A stretch of DNA of 63,514 nt, filler included, from Octopus bimaculoides (taxonomy: Eukaryota): NCBI RefSeq assembly GCF_001194135.2. It is 6 parts of 6 records of this genome, joined end to end, with 100 filler letters (N's around TTAATTAATTAA, not from the genome) between each part and the next. Parts side by side here need not be neighbours in the genome. Positions count along the whole stretch, not along the records: positions 42,240 to 55,411 come from NC_069004.1; positions 55,512 to 58,016 come from NC_068991.1; positions 58,117 to 61,275 come from NC_068999.1; positions 61,376 to 63,514 come from NC_069003.1; 2 more parts are not named here. One strand, 5' to 3'. Positions 50,817 to 63,261 of this stretch are shown here, one piece after another. The translations under genes and the position numbers were made by a program. Every line of letters starts with the position of its first letter. Within the stretch, counting starts at the first letter, position 1. The notes beneath the pieces were generated by a model. It did no database searches. It was not told where the DNA came from and was given only the letters and a program-made list of their open reading frames with translations.

Positions 50817-50900
50817 CGACGACGATGATGTTGATAATGATGTTGATAATGATGATGATGACAGTGACAATGATGATGATGGTGACGACGATGACGATAG
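50477..50900. repeat. Compound (GAT/GAC/AAT)n microsatellite with internal block duplications
   Basis: GACGACGATGATGTTGATAATGATGTTGATAAT occurs at ~50698 and ~50818. GACAGTGACAATGAT occurs at ~50604 and ~50860. Confidence 0.9.
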
Positions 50901-51535
50901 AGTTAGGAGGAACAGCGATCAGTAAAAGATCGAGTTGTGAGGAATCATCGATCCGTGGAACACATCGAAGAAAGTCCACCGAATGCATTTCGGTGCATTA
51001 CAAGCAGAACATTCCATCCTCTCTTAAATCGGAAAGATCTTTCCGTGTAGTCCGGACGAGAATGTAGTTTACAGATCGATAGCATAAACCTGCTATGTGA
51101 AATCGTTGTCCTTGACCGATTCGATTCCGTGTACGATAGCGACTGCATATAAATGGCACTAAATATAGAACGCGATCAAGGGAAACAGACGATGCACATC
51201 GTGTGTGGTTGAACGACTGCGTTGGTAAGAAGGTTGTTTCGCAATCATGCGGTCACGAGTTCGATCGGATTGCATGATGATGTTCACTCACCCATAAATA
51301 TGCACACACGCACACACAACACACACAGGGCACACGCACGAGTGCGCACACGGACACACACTGACGCTCTTTCTCTCTCACACTCTCAGACACATCACAC
51401 ACGCACACAACACACACACACACATATATGTATATATACACATATATATATATATATATGTATGTATGTATATATATATATATATTTGTATGTATATATG
51501 TATGTATATATATATATATATATATNNNNNNNNNN

Positions 51536-51619
<84 letters not shown>

Positions 51620-51639
51620 TTCAAATTTATAGAAAAGCA

Positions 51640-51718
51640 AAGACGAAGACAGGTGTATGGAAAACAAGCAAGTGTATTAGTTTGACCCTCGGGAAAAATA
51701 GAAAAGTCTTTTACGTTT
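51640..51718 (-). repeat. Truncated copy of the hammerhead-bearing repeat (3' half)
   Basis: Reverse complement GAAACGTA-AAAGACTTTTC...CCCGAGGGTCAAACTAATAC...CCTGTCTTCGTCT matches the 23690-23795 copy. Confidence 0.7.
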
Positions 51719-52999
51719 CATTGTAAATATGCCTCTTTATAGTTTTGTAACTTAGCGGATCCACAAACGGATTATCGATTAAAAGAAGTATCTGACTGAA
51801 ATAGAGATAATGAAGACGATGCGATCGATGTAACCAGGGCTGTAGCATGGCCACAAGTTCATTGGCTGGAAAAAGAAGTATATATGAAAATCGCACAGTG
51901 CGAACAGGTTAATATATCAGGCAGCGAATTGGCAGTCTCGTTAGAGCATTTGCCAACAGTTCCCTCCAGTATCATATTCCTGCTCATTGCGTTCTAATTC
52001 GAAATTATAGTGAGGTTATCTTTTTTTTCATCAATCTCGATACGATAGGCTAAATTCCAAGTCAAGTGCTGGTTTTGATTCAATCGGATGATTCTTGTGT
52101 CAGCCAGGTTTCTTTGAGCTTATGATTACAGCAGAGAATTCCGAACGGATCTTTTCGACGATAATTTAGTTTTTAGGGTGACTACGATAATATTCTTATG
52201 AAGAGCAACAACTCCCGGTGTTATTTGCTTTGAAGACAGCCAGATGGCAGAGTGCCACGATTAAGGCGTCCGTTAACACGTCGAAAGTACTTTGGAGAAG
52301 GAAAATAATATAGGAAGAAAAGAAAAATATTGTATAAATACAACATACTATATAAAAGCAACAATCATAAATAGTGCAAATACTAATGAACATAAGTAAC
52401 AAAATAAAAAAATAATAATAACGTTATGAACATGCCTGCAACATCGATACGAAATGAAATGACGTGTTCAAACAACCTTAATGTTGGAACATAAAACTTG
52501 TAGAAAACAGGGCAATGCTTTTTGATTTTATGGCGGAGATAAAACAGGATCAGAAGAAAAGCAAGCGAGTAAATATCAAAGAATTAAAAACCGCCATTAT
52601 AACAGAGAAGGGGAAATAAAAAGATATGTTAAGAATGCAGGTTGAAGGGAGCGTGTAAAGAGACACTTCACAAAATTATAACCTTGTCTACTTACACTGA
52701 AATGATAAGATACTTAACGAAGATTTTACATTTGTACGTACGGTGGAACTGAAGCCAAAAATAATATTAATATTAATAATAATCCCTTCTACTATAGGCA
52801 AAAGATCTGAAATTTTTTGGGAAGGGTTGTAAGTAGATTACAGCAAACCACAGATTTACTTGTCAGTTGTTTGACCTTAACCAGTTGAGCATGTCCCTTA
52901 GTGGCTGACGATATGTGCATCTCTAATCACGAGCAGAAGTGGTGGGGGAGCATCATCTCTAATAGGAGCTTCAGTTCAATTCCAGTCCAATTATCCTGC

Positions 53000-53400
53000 C
53001 TATATTTTTTTAACGTCCAAGAGAGTCAGGTCCCTCCAGAACGATGCATGCCACAACCCATCAGATGTCCAGCTCTGGTGGCACACCGAATATCTTCAGA
53101 CACGCTAACCGTCTTCGTAGATAACTAGGAATGAAGAAGAATTTGTCACTCCTACAGAAGACAATGAAATGTTTTACTATAAAGTCTCATTGAGAATTTT
53201 CACATTGACGGCGCCGAATTGTCGGGCTTGTCCTCTGTGGCTTGTGTGGCTATCTCCAGACGTCAGTTTTGGACCGACAAACACCAGCTAATCTTTGACC
53301 GCCTCACACTCTTTCCCCCCATAAATTTTTGGGGCATTTTCAATGTAGCTCTTCGTTGACATATTTTCACCAGATGTTCAGCACTTTTTTAAAATTACGT
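53000..53400 (-). pseudogene. Second, more decayed L1/Tx1-type ORF1 remnant
   Basis: Reverse complement of 53130-53040 reads PSYLRRRLACLKIFGVPPELDI*WVVACIV, aligning to PTYLGRKTSNVKVEGIPPDIEVSWVAAAV of the 25732-26283 ORF. Upstream RQFGAVNVK resembles GYGTVVVQF. Confidence 0.6.
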
Positions 53401-55374
53401 TTGTCGGCCATAGAAACCTAGACGATATTCATGGCCGCTCCTCGGATTGATATTTAAACTTTATGGTACTGGTGCTGCCACCACTGTTTTGGACAGTCAC
53501 GTTGGTAATTGTAGTGGTTGTGTTGGCAGTGTTAGAATGAGCAGTACTGATATTTTTACTGAATTAGCAGTGCTGGCTGGTTGTTGTAGCAGTGGTGTTG
53601 CTAGTGGTGATGGAGGTGATATCCTTGTTTCATTCACTGCTTTGCTTGCTTTGCTATTCTTGTTGCTCTCAGTGCTAACTACTGTGGTGGTGGTGGTGAC
53701 AGTAGTANNNNNNNNNNNNTTTCAACATCGCTTTTTCTTTTGTTATTTATGCTGCTGATGATGCTCCTGCAGCGCTGGATTAAACATTAAACCAAATAAG
53801 CACACATGCTTAGAGCATCAATGAAAGTGGGGGGACACCACAAAAATGGTAAATGATCTACGGCACAAAAAAAAAAAAAATAGAAAAAAGAAATCACTTC
53901 AAACTTGTTAAAATAATTTTCGGAATGCCTTATCTCTATCAAGTGTAAAAGCAAATGTGCTACGTAAGATTAATTTTGAAGATATTATCAAAGACTTTGC
54001 AATAAAAGGAATAAGGGAAAACTTTTCAATTATAAAGTGAAAGTAAATAAAAATAAAACAAACATTATTTTCCATCTTACTGTTAGTTTTGCTTCATTCT
54101 CAGAAATAAAGATTTATTTCATGGTTTATTATTGTTTATATTTTGAAAAACATATTTTGGGGAACCAAAATCTTTTAAGTTCTTCTCGCCTCTATGACTC
54201 TCAATCCAGTCCTATGTTTCTGTTGTCGATACCACGAACTGTTGACGGATTGCTGTTGCTGTTCTTTTTGTCTGACATGTAGTAGTAGTAGTAGTAGTAG
54301 TAGTAGTTGTTTTTGTTGTTGTTACTGCTGTTGCTGCTACTGTTGTTTCCGCTTGTCGCAATAGCAGTGGTAGCAGCTTCTATAATCATTGTACTTTCGA
54401 GAGGGCGAAAATTCTTCCTTTCTTCATTGACCGTTTCGAAGGGAAGTCACGCAAATGTAAGTGCCCTTTTCCTTTTAAAATCACCCCCTATTTCACATCC
54501 AGTCGGAAGGCTTTAATAATCAACTTTAACGTTTTCCTAAACAAAAAAAAAAAAAGACCAATATTTTTCAGAATTATATTCAAATTTTTGTCCAAAAAAG
54601 CGGCAACAATAGAGCTGACTATCCAACTGGGCTCTTGGTTTGTTTACCAAGAGGCAAATAATAGATATTAACAATGCGAATATGTCTTGATATTCGAGTA
54701 AACAAAACGCGCAAAGCATTCGAGTGCGTGTTGTTATGGCAATAAAAAATGAACAGCAACAATAATTCTAATAATGGACAAAACAATAATAATAAAATCG
54801 GCACCGGAAACATACGAAGAAGGCAGGTAACCACAAACAATTTAAGTGAAAACAACAGCATAAGAATAAGTTAGAATGTTCTCTTGGTAGAAATAAAAGG
54901 AAACTTCGTCACGGTATCAAAGTTCGCGAACAATATTTTATATATATATATTCATTTATTTATTCATTTATATACATATGTGTGCGAGAAACATAGAGAG
55001 AGACAGAGAGACAGAGACAGAGACAGAGACAGAGAGAGCGGGAGGGAGAGAAGGAGAGAAAGTTTTAAGAGCTCTGTCATGATTAAAAGAAGTTAATTGC
55101 GTCTTAGACATAATATGCCTACGGTTTTACACCGGTAGCGTATTTGAAAGAGAAGCAAATAATATCTTTCTTTTATCCATGAGAAAGTTCTCAACGTATT
55201 TTCTTCTTGTTTTAATATCTACCTATTTATCGTATATGTGTGTGCATCTGTGTTTATGTATGTGTATATATGTGTATGTGTGTAAGAAAATATGAACGAT
55301 TATCTTATGAATTTAAATGCAGGAAATCACATTACCAATGAAGTGTATGTGTACTGCGTCTCTCAGTGCGTAAA

Positions 55375-55411
<37 letters not shown>

Positions 55412-55511
55412 NNNNNNNNNNNNNNNNNNNNNNNNNNNNNNNNNNNNNNNNNNNNTTAATTAATTAANNNNNNNNNNNNNNNNNNNNNNNNNNNNNNNNN
55501 NNNNNNNNNNN

Positions 55512-57885
55512 CGCACACTGGCCATAAAGTCTGGGACCAAAAAATTTCACACTGGCCATAAAGTCGGGGAGCAATAATTGCACACTGGCCATAAAAATGG
55601 GGACCAAAAATTGAACACTGGCCATAAAGTCGGGGACCAAAAATTGAACACTGGCCATAAAGTCGGGGACGAATAATTGCCCACTGGCCATATAGACGGG
55701 GAGCGAACATTGTACACTGGCCATAAAGTCGGGGAATAAAATTCGGAGACTGGCCATAAAGTCGGGGACCAGAAATTCAAAACTGGCCATAAAGTCGGGG
55801 ACCAATAATTGGACACTGGCCATAAAGACGGGGACCAAAAATTGAACGCTGGCCAAAAAGTCGGGGACGAATAATTGCACACTGGCCATATAGACGGGGA
55901 CCAAAAATCGCACACAGGCCATAAAGTCGGCGACCAATAATTGCACACTGGCCATGAAGTCGCGGACCAAAAATTGAACAGTGGCCATAAAGTCGGGGAC
56001 CAAAAATGAACAATGGCCATAAAATGGGGGATCAAAAATCGCACACTGGCCATAAAGTCGGGGATCAAAAAATTGCACACTGGCCATAAAGACGGGGACC
56101 AAAAACCGCACACTGGCCATAAAGTCGGGTACCAATAATTGCATACTGTCCATAAAAACGGGGACCAAAAATTGAACACTGACCATAAAGATGGGGACCA
56201 AAAATTGAAGACTGGCCATAAAGTCGGGGACCAAAAATTGAACACTGGCCATAAAATGGGGGATCAAAAATCCCAAACTGGCCATAAAGTCGGGGACCAA
56301 AAAATTGTACACTTGCCATATAGACGGGGACCGAAAATTGTACACTGGCCATAAAATGAGGGACCAAAAATCGTACACTGGCCATAAAGACGAGGACCAA
56401 AAATTGAAAACTGGCCATAAGGTCGGGGACCAAAAATTGTACATTGGCCATAAAGTCGGGGACCAAAAATCGCACACAGGCCAGAAAGACGGGGACCAAA
56501 AAGTGAACTCTGGCCACAAAGTCTGGGACCAAAAATTGAACGCTGGCCACAAAGTCTGGGACCAAAAATTGAACGCTGGCCATAAAGTCGGGAACCAAAA
56601 ATTGGACACTGGCCATAAATACGGGTACCAAAAATTGCACACTTGCCATAAAGTCTGGGACCAAAAATTGAACACTGGCCATAAAGTCGGGGACCAAAAA
56701 TTGCACACCGTCCATAAAGACGGGGACCAAAAGTCGCACACTGGCCATAAAGTCGGAGACCAATAATTACACACTGGCCATTAAAACGGTGACCAAAAAT
56801 TGAACACTGGCCATAAAGACGGGGACCAAAAATTGAACACTGGCCATAAAGTCAGGGACCAAAAATTGTACATTGGCCATAAATTCGGGGACCAAAAATC
56901 GCACACTGGCCATAAAGTCGTGGACGAATAATTGCAGACTGGCCATAAATACGGGGACCAAAAATTGAACACTTGCCATAAAGTCAGGGACCAAAAGTCG
57001 CACACTGGCCATAAAGTCGGAGACCAATAATTACACACTGGCCATTAAAACGGTGACCAAAAAGTGAACTCTGGCCATAAAGTCGGGGACGAATAATTGT
57101 ACACTGGCCATAAAGTCGGGGACCAAAAATCGCACACAGGCCAGAAAGACGGGGACCAAAAAGTGAACACTGGCTATAAAGTGGGGGACCAAAATTGAAC
57201 AGTGGCCATAGAGTCGGCGACCAAAAATTGCACACCGTCCATAAAGACGGGGACCAAAAATTGAACACTGGCCATAAAGTCGGGGACCAAAAATTGAACA
57301 CTGGCCATAAAATGGGGGATCAAAAATCCCAAACTGGCCATAAAGTCGGGGACCAAAAAATTGTACACTGGCCATATAGACGGGGACCGAAAATTGTACA
57401 CTGGCCATAAAGTCGGGGACCAAAAATTAAACACTGGCCATAAAGTTGGGGACCATAAATTGATCACTGGCCATAAAGTCGGGGACCGAAAATTGTACAC
57501 TGGCCATAAAGTCGAGGAACATAATTCGCACACTGGCCATAAAGTCGGGGACCAGAAATTGAACACTGGCCATAAAGTCCAGGACGAATAATTGCACACT
57601 GGTCGTAAAGACAGGGACCAAAAATCGCACACTGGCCATAAATTCGAGGACCAATAATTGCTCACTGGCCATAAAAACGGGGACCAAAAATTGTACACTG
57701 GCCATGGAGTCGGGGACCAAAAATTGAACACTGGCCATAAAGTCGGGGACCAAAAATNNNNNNNNNNGCCATAAAGTCGGGGACCAGAAATTCAACACTG
57801 GCCATAAAGTCGGGGACCATATATTGCACACTGGCCATAAAGACTGGGACCAAAAATCGCACACTGGCCATAAAGTCAGGGGACC
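55512..57885. repeat. 33-bp minisatellite array (~70 units), consensus TGAACACTGGCCATAAAGTCGGGGACCAAAAAT
   Basis: Read directly from the sequence. Occasional 32- and 34-bp units. The left end is truncated by a synthetic linker, and there is one 10-N gap at ~57758-57767. Confidence 0.97.
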
Positions 57886-58866
57886 TTGTTCAAAATGGGG
57901 GGCACCAGTTTTCATTTATGTTTTATGTAGTGTTTTTGGTACCGAAAGACTTTCAAACTTCATATACTTATCTATTTTGTGTTATAGAAGAGAAAGAAAT
58001 TTTTGTATTGGAATTTNNNNNNNNNNNNNNNNNNNNNNNNNNNNNNNNNNNNNNNNNNNNTTAATTAATTAANNNNNNNNNNNNNNNNNNNNNNNNNNNN
58101 NNNNNNNNNNNNNNNNTATATATATATTTATATATATATGCATGTGTGTGTGTGTGCTTGAGTGCATGTGTGTGTGTATCCATCTATATCATAGATACAA
58201 TGCGCACATACATAACTGCATGTATATTATATACTTCCAGAGTTAATTCGAATAAATATAATCAGATTATCAGAAATCAGAATAGAATATTCGATCATAC
58301 TGAATGATCTTAAGAGACAAAAATAAATAATTTTAATTTATTTAGTTTGGAAATTACTACATTATACAAGACATCATTTACTGCTAACTCCGCTTATTAT
58401 ATCTGAGAAGCGAACTAAAATATATCTTGATGTAATTGATAAAAAAATATAAAAGATTGAGAGAAAGTACAAAAATTCGAATTAAATTATATAAAATGAA
58501 AAATTAAATAACAGATATAGCGGGAAATACTTAATCAAATTCTATTGAAGTAGATATTTTCGAAAATTATCCGAATTATGAAGCTACATAAAAGTAAAAT
58601 ATATGGTATGTTTATAGTAATTTTATTTTCCTTGGCATTCGGCATGGGATTTACATTTGCTTGTAAAGAAATAAGATCAATTTAGTTTTGATGCCATTCA
58701 CATGTATTTTTAGTAGTGTTTTAAAAGTGTAAGCTAAATTTCCTTCAATTAAGAAACCTAAATACTACGCCTTCAGATCTTTATGTCAGGTATACGTTCT
58801 CGGTAGAGAATAAGGTATACACACACACACATACATGTATATTGTATATTGTGGGCATATATATAT

Positions 58867-59050
58867 ACGAGGGGTACCCAAAAGAAACCGGAGTTTTGCA
58901 ATATTATGTTATTCACTTCGCTTTACAGATTTACACTTTTATCGCCTTCAAAGTATTCTCCATTTGAAGCAATGTATCGGTCTAGAGGCGTTTTCCACTG
59001 CTGGAACCCTTGCGAAGTGATGCTTTTTAGCACCTCCGTCCTTTTTTAAT
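58867..59050 (-). mobile_element. Mariner remnant (TIR + transposase C-terminus)
   Basis: TACGAGGGGTACCCAAAAGAAACCGG is a mariner-type TIR after TA. The minus strand reads FQQWKTPLDRYIASNGEYFE. Confidence 0.7.
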
Positions 59051-59679
59051 TTTTCTTTCATCTCTTCCACATCTGCAAATTCCGAAGCACCAGCTTTCGT
59101 CCCCAGTAACTACCTCGGACATACACCTAAAACATAGAAAGCTACTAAGAGAAAGAATTTGGAAAAACATATGACCATTATATTTCTCATCAAACATCAA
59201 CTATTCAAATGGCTCCTTTAACACCTCACCACATCCCAACTCCACCCCGTCAAGTATCTTGTTTTGACCATTCACCATGTTCTTTCAGCACTTATTCATC
59301 AACACTCTTTCACTCCAACACTGACTGATTAACCCCCTCCCCCCTCGACCGAAATACACTCAAATCTCATATATAGAATCACAAAACTCCAAACTCTCAT
59401 ATCTGTTTGACAACGATTCTCAGCAAGTTCTCCGAAAAAGTTAATGGAATTTTTTTTTTAAATCTCCCCGCCCAAGTTAACAAAGAACTTACATGAGATC
59501 TACGAACTGAAGTGAATATTTATATTATAAAAAGTTGAAAAATAATAAATTAAACTGATTTTAACTACTAGTGAAATCGTTCATTTTCTTTTTTCAAATA
59601 TACCTTACTGTACCAAGGATTTCACGTGTATTTTTGGCGATCTTCTTCCTCCGCCTCCCCTTCCTTTGAACTTTGCCCT

Positions 59680-59714
59680 ATTTCTGAAGAAGAGCTTGGC
59701 TCGAAACGTTAAAT
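59680..59714 (+). ncRNA. Putative minimal type-I hammerhead ribozyme
   Basis: ATTT-CTGAAGA-A-GAGC(TTG)GCTC-GAAA-CGTT-AAAT; same layout and spacing as 12710-12744. Confidence 0.7.
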
Positions 59715-59879
59715 CCTCCTTACTTCCTTTCCTAAGCGTCTGATAATACAGTACTTGTACCGCCTCCTCGCGTTATCATTTTTTCTTGTTTGTTCTTCTT
59801 TGGATTCATTATGTATATATATATACATATACATAAACTTAGACACACACATACACTCACACAAGCACATACACACACG

Positions 59880-60080
59880 CATATTGTTTGTCACACCACC
59901 ACCGTTTGACAATCGCTGATGGTTTTTTAACGTCCCCGTAAACCAGTGGTCCGGCGGAAGAGTCCGATAGAAACCATACCAAACATTTTCACAGTAAGTA
60001 TAGAGTCGATTGATTCAACTAAATCATTTTAGGCGGTGCTCCAGCATGACCGCACTTCAATGGCTGAAAGAAATAAGAGA
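59880..60080 (+). mobile_element. OR2-like SINE 3' half
   Basis: CCGTTTGACAATCGCTGATGG...GGCGGTGCTCCAGCATGACCGCA. Confidence 0.65.
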
Positions 60081-61429
60081 TAAAACGTAAACGATAACAA
60101 CGTCTCTGCAGGACAATCAATATACCATGCATTCATTAAGGCAAAGTTATGAGATTAAAATTTCTTATAAATTGCCAAGTACTCCCATTTATGTCATGAA
60201 AATAGTGAAATGAAATGGATTTCTAGAGATGCCTAGAACACTGTTATGGTTTTCATTTGGCATCTATTTGGAAATTAAACTCCAAATAAACATTGCCATA
60301 CAAACAGGTTTCTAGTAATTCAAATTTGGACTCAAGCAATTTGAAGTAATATTGTCTTGTTTTGTTTTTTCATGTGGATCCTTCAGGTTTTCCCATGGTT
60401 TCAAATTATTATTCGCAAAATTGTAATATTTTTTTATCAAAATATCTGTAGGTGGCTCCTGAAATCTGAAATTGAATGTTAAACTCAATTTAAAATACTA
60501 TTTGAGAGAGAAAATTGAATTTTTTATTCATTCTCAAAGTGATAGTTTGTTTTATTGAATTGTGATTCTAGTTCAAATTTCAATTTCTGATTTTAATAAT
60601 TATTTTCAGTTCGATACACCTGAATACACAATTGTTTCAGACAATAACTTAGTTTTTATCAATTTGAAATTTTACATAATAGCATAAAAGTTAGGAACAA
60701 AGGAATAAAACCAAGTATGTGAAGTCGGTGCATCTATCAATGTTCAACGTTGTTTTATTTAGTTTTTGTTCATTTTATTTTTTATCATTCTAAATCTAAC
60801 TTTAGCTCAGTCACCCTCTCTTTCTCACTTCCTTTCTCTGCTATATCAAGCAAATATTCATTGACTCATTCGTACATACAAGCACAAACGCACACATATA
60901 CGAATATATGAGTGAGTGTGTGTTTGTGTTGATTGACTGATTGGTAAACATTTGTGTTTAGAAATCCGGAAAACGTACTCAATATATAAAGTAGAGGGTG
61001 TAAAACTGATGCGTCAGGAAACTTAACTTGGAGTTGCACGTTAACGTTGAGCGAAACGACTAAATCAGAATAATAGTATAGCATTGAATAAGCAATACTC
61101 AGTTTATATGCCTGTGTGTGTAAATGTGTGTGTGTGTGCATGTGTGTTTGCATGCGTGTGCGTATGTATGTAGATAGAGAGAGATAGTATATGTGTACAT
61201 AGATATCTTTTTATTATAGCCACACAGGGCTAAATACAGAAAATGGACAAATTACAAAGTAGAGCTTGGGGGGGGNNNNNNNNNNNNNNNNNNNNNNNNN
61301 NNNNNNNNNNNNNNNNNNNTTAATTAATTAANNNNNNNNNNNNNNNNNNNNNNNNNNNNNNNNNNNNNNNNNNNNTGGAAAGTGTTTTTTTGTTGTTATC
61401 TTTTTACACATACCTAGACGCATCCCCGT

Positions 61430-61478
<49 letters not shown>

Positions 61479-61495
61479 TCACACCAACAGACTCC

Positions 61496-61528
<33 letters not shown>

Positions 61529-62413
61529 ACATGTGTTGTATATCTCTGTTTCATTTTAATTCAATAATAAGATTCTTTCTCCCTCTCTTTTTCTCTGTCT
61601 CTCTCTCTCTCTGTTAACAAACTCATTAAAATCTTCTCTAATTACTCATCCAGTTTCCTGTTACTTAACATTAAGGCTTAACGAGAACACTTGATATCAC
61701 ATTAAGTAACTCCTCCCACCCTACCCNNNNNNNNNNCACCACAACCAACACCACTAGCATCACCACCATCACCACCATCACAACCATCACCATCACCACC
61801 ACCACTAACATCGCCACCACCACCACCACTATTCTCCCTCCATCACCACCAACATTCCCATTCCCCACCGTCACCACCACCACCACCACTACTCACATTA
61901 CAACAAGGTTAAATCCACCAAGTGTTATTTGTTTAAATCAACATAGAACCATCAAAGTTGTTGATTAACATTGTTTACACAACACAATCAACATTACATC
62001 TTATCAACATCTTTTTTTCTCTACTGTATCCTCTCTGTCAGTTTCCCTCTCTCCACACACACACACACGTGTGCATTTGTGTACGTCTTGGGTCTATCTG
62101 CCCAATTTTTTTCACACTGTTGCATACCTCATCTTTCTATTGTTCTTTACTTGGAATACTTGGAACCAAGAATCTTCTTATCACCATTCTAAAGGAACAC
62201 AAAGTGGTAACAGAATGAAAAATAAAAAAAAAATTTACTCTATTTTCGTGTACTTAGTGTAAATATTCAGACATCGTCATTATCTTTCCGAATCCTGCTG
62301 CATTTCACATCAAAATTTTAGTTGTCTGGTGTATAAGTCAACCCACCTGATTTGGGCTGTAAATTTTGTTCTAAAATAATTCAATTTGTATTCCAGAAAA
62401 TATAGTATATATA

Positions 62414-62685
62414 GAGATGTACTTGCATAGCAAGTGACCTGATCTAAGATCGTGTGCTGGAACGAAAACAATTGCAGTGTGGAAGGTGTTTATAAGCCAT
62501 TTAAAATAACACAAAAAAACTGTTAGATTCACTTCAACATTTTAATTTAATTTGTCAAAATATTTTGTCAGTGAACAGCTCGCGGTCTCAAAGCGACGAA
62601 AATATTTTGACAAATTAAATTTAAATGTTGAAGTGAATCTGACGGCTTTTGTGTTATTTTAAATGGCTTATAAACACCTTCCACA
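62414..62685. mobile_element. Foldback repeat family 2 (hairpin 62478-62685 plus ~65-bp unique leader)
   Basis: ~88-bp inverted arms TGTGGAAGGTGTTTATAAGCCATTTAAAATAACACAAAA.../...TTTTGTGTTATTTTAAATGGCTTATAAACACCTTCCACA around a ~30-bp loop. Confidence 0.8.
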
Positions 62686-62686
62686 G

Positions 62687-62724
<38 letters not shown>

Positions 62725-62769
62725 TAGATAGATAGATAGATAGATAGATATATGTGTATGCGCATGTAT

Positions 62770-63200
62770 ATATATTTGGTCGTCAAGTATGAAATTTGTC
62801 GAAAAGAAAAAAAGTTTGCTAATGTTTTATAAATACAAGGAGTAGTTTTATTCATCAAAGTATGCACCCATATTGTCAATACTTTTTGCCATTTTCGTGG
62901 TAGCTTATCCAGCCCAGAACTGTAAAAGCCTAACAATTTAAAATCAATAAAATCTTGGAAGGCCTGTTTTACAGCATCATTGGCATTTAATTTTTTTCCC
63001 ATCAAAAAGTTATCCAAATTCTGGAAGAAGTGGTGGTCAGTGGGAGTGGGGGGGGGGAAGATCTGGTGAGTATGGTGGATGATGGAGAACTTCCAATTCC
63101 CACGCCTGTAGTTTCACCAATGTCATTTTTGTAATGTGAGGTCTGGCATTGTCTTGCAATAAGTATTCACACCTACCTCTATACTCCTTCTCATCGTGAA
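62770..63200 (-). mobile_element. Mariner (DD34D) transposase remnant, C-terminal half
   Basis: LLQDNARPH..TLVKL...EVLHHPPYSPDL and DNFLMGKK..AVKQAFQDFI..GFY..G.DKLP.KWQK motifs in ORFs 63037-63228 and 62568-63017. Confidence 0.85.
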
Positions 63201-63224
63201 TAGCACACAGCAACCAAATGAACA

Positions 63225-63261
<37 letters not shown>

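Noticed and set aside
54300-54560. Coding exon ending at AAAT|GTAAGT (~54456)
   Set aside because: No credible acceptor, the open frame arises largely from microsatellite, and no homology is recognised.
55512-57885. CRISPR-like array or repetitive protein gene
   Set aside because: There are no unique spacers, only point-variant 33-bp units. 32- and 34-bp units break reading frames, and there are no cas-like genes in this eukaryotic context.
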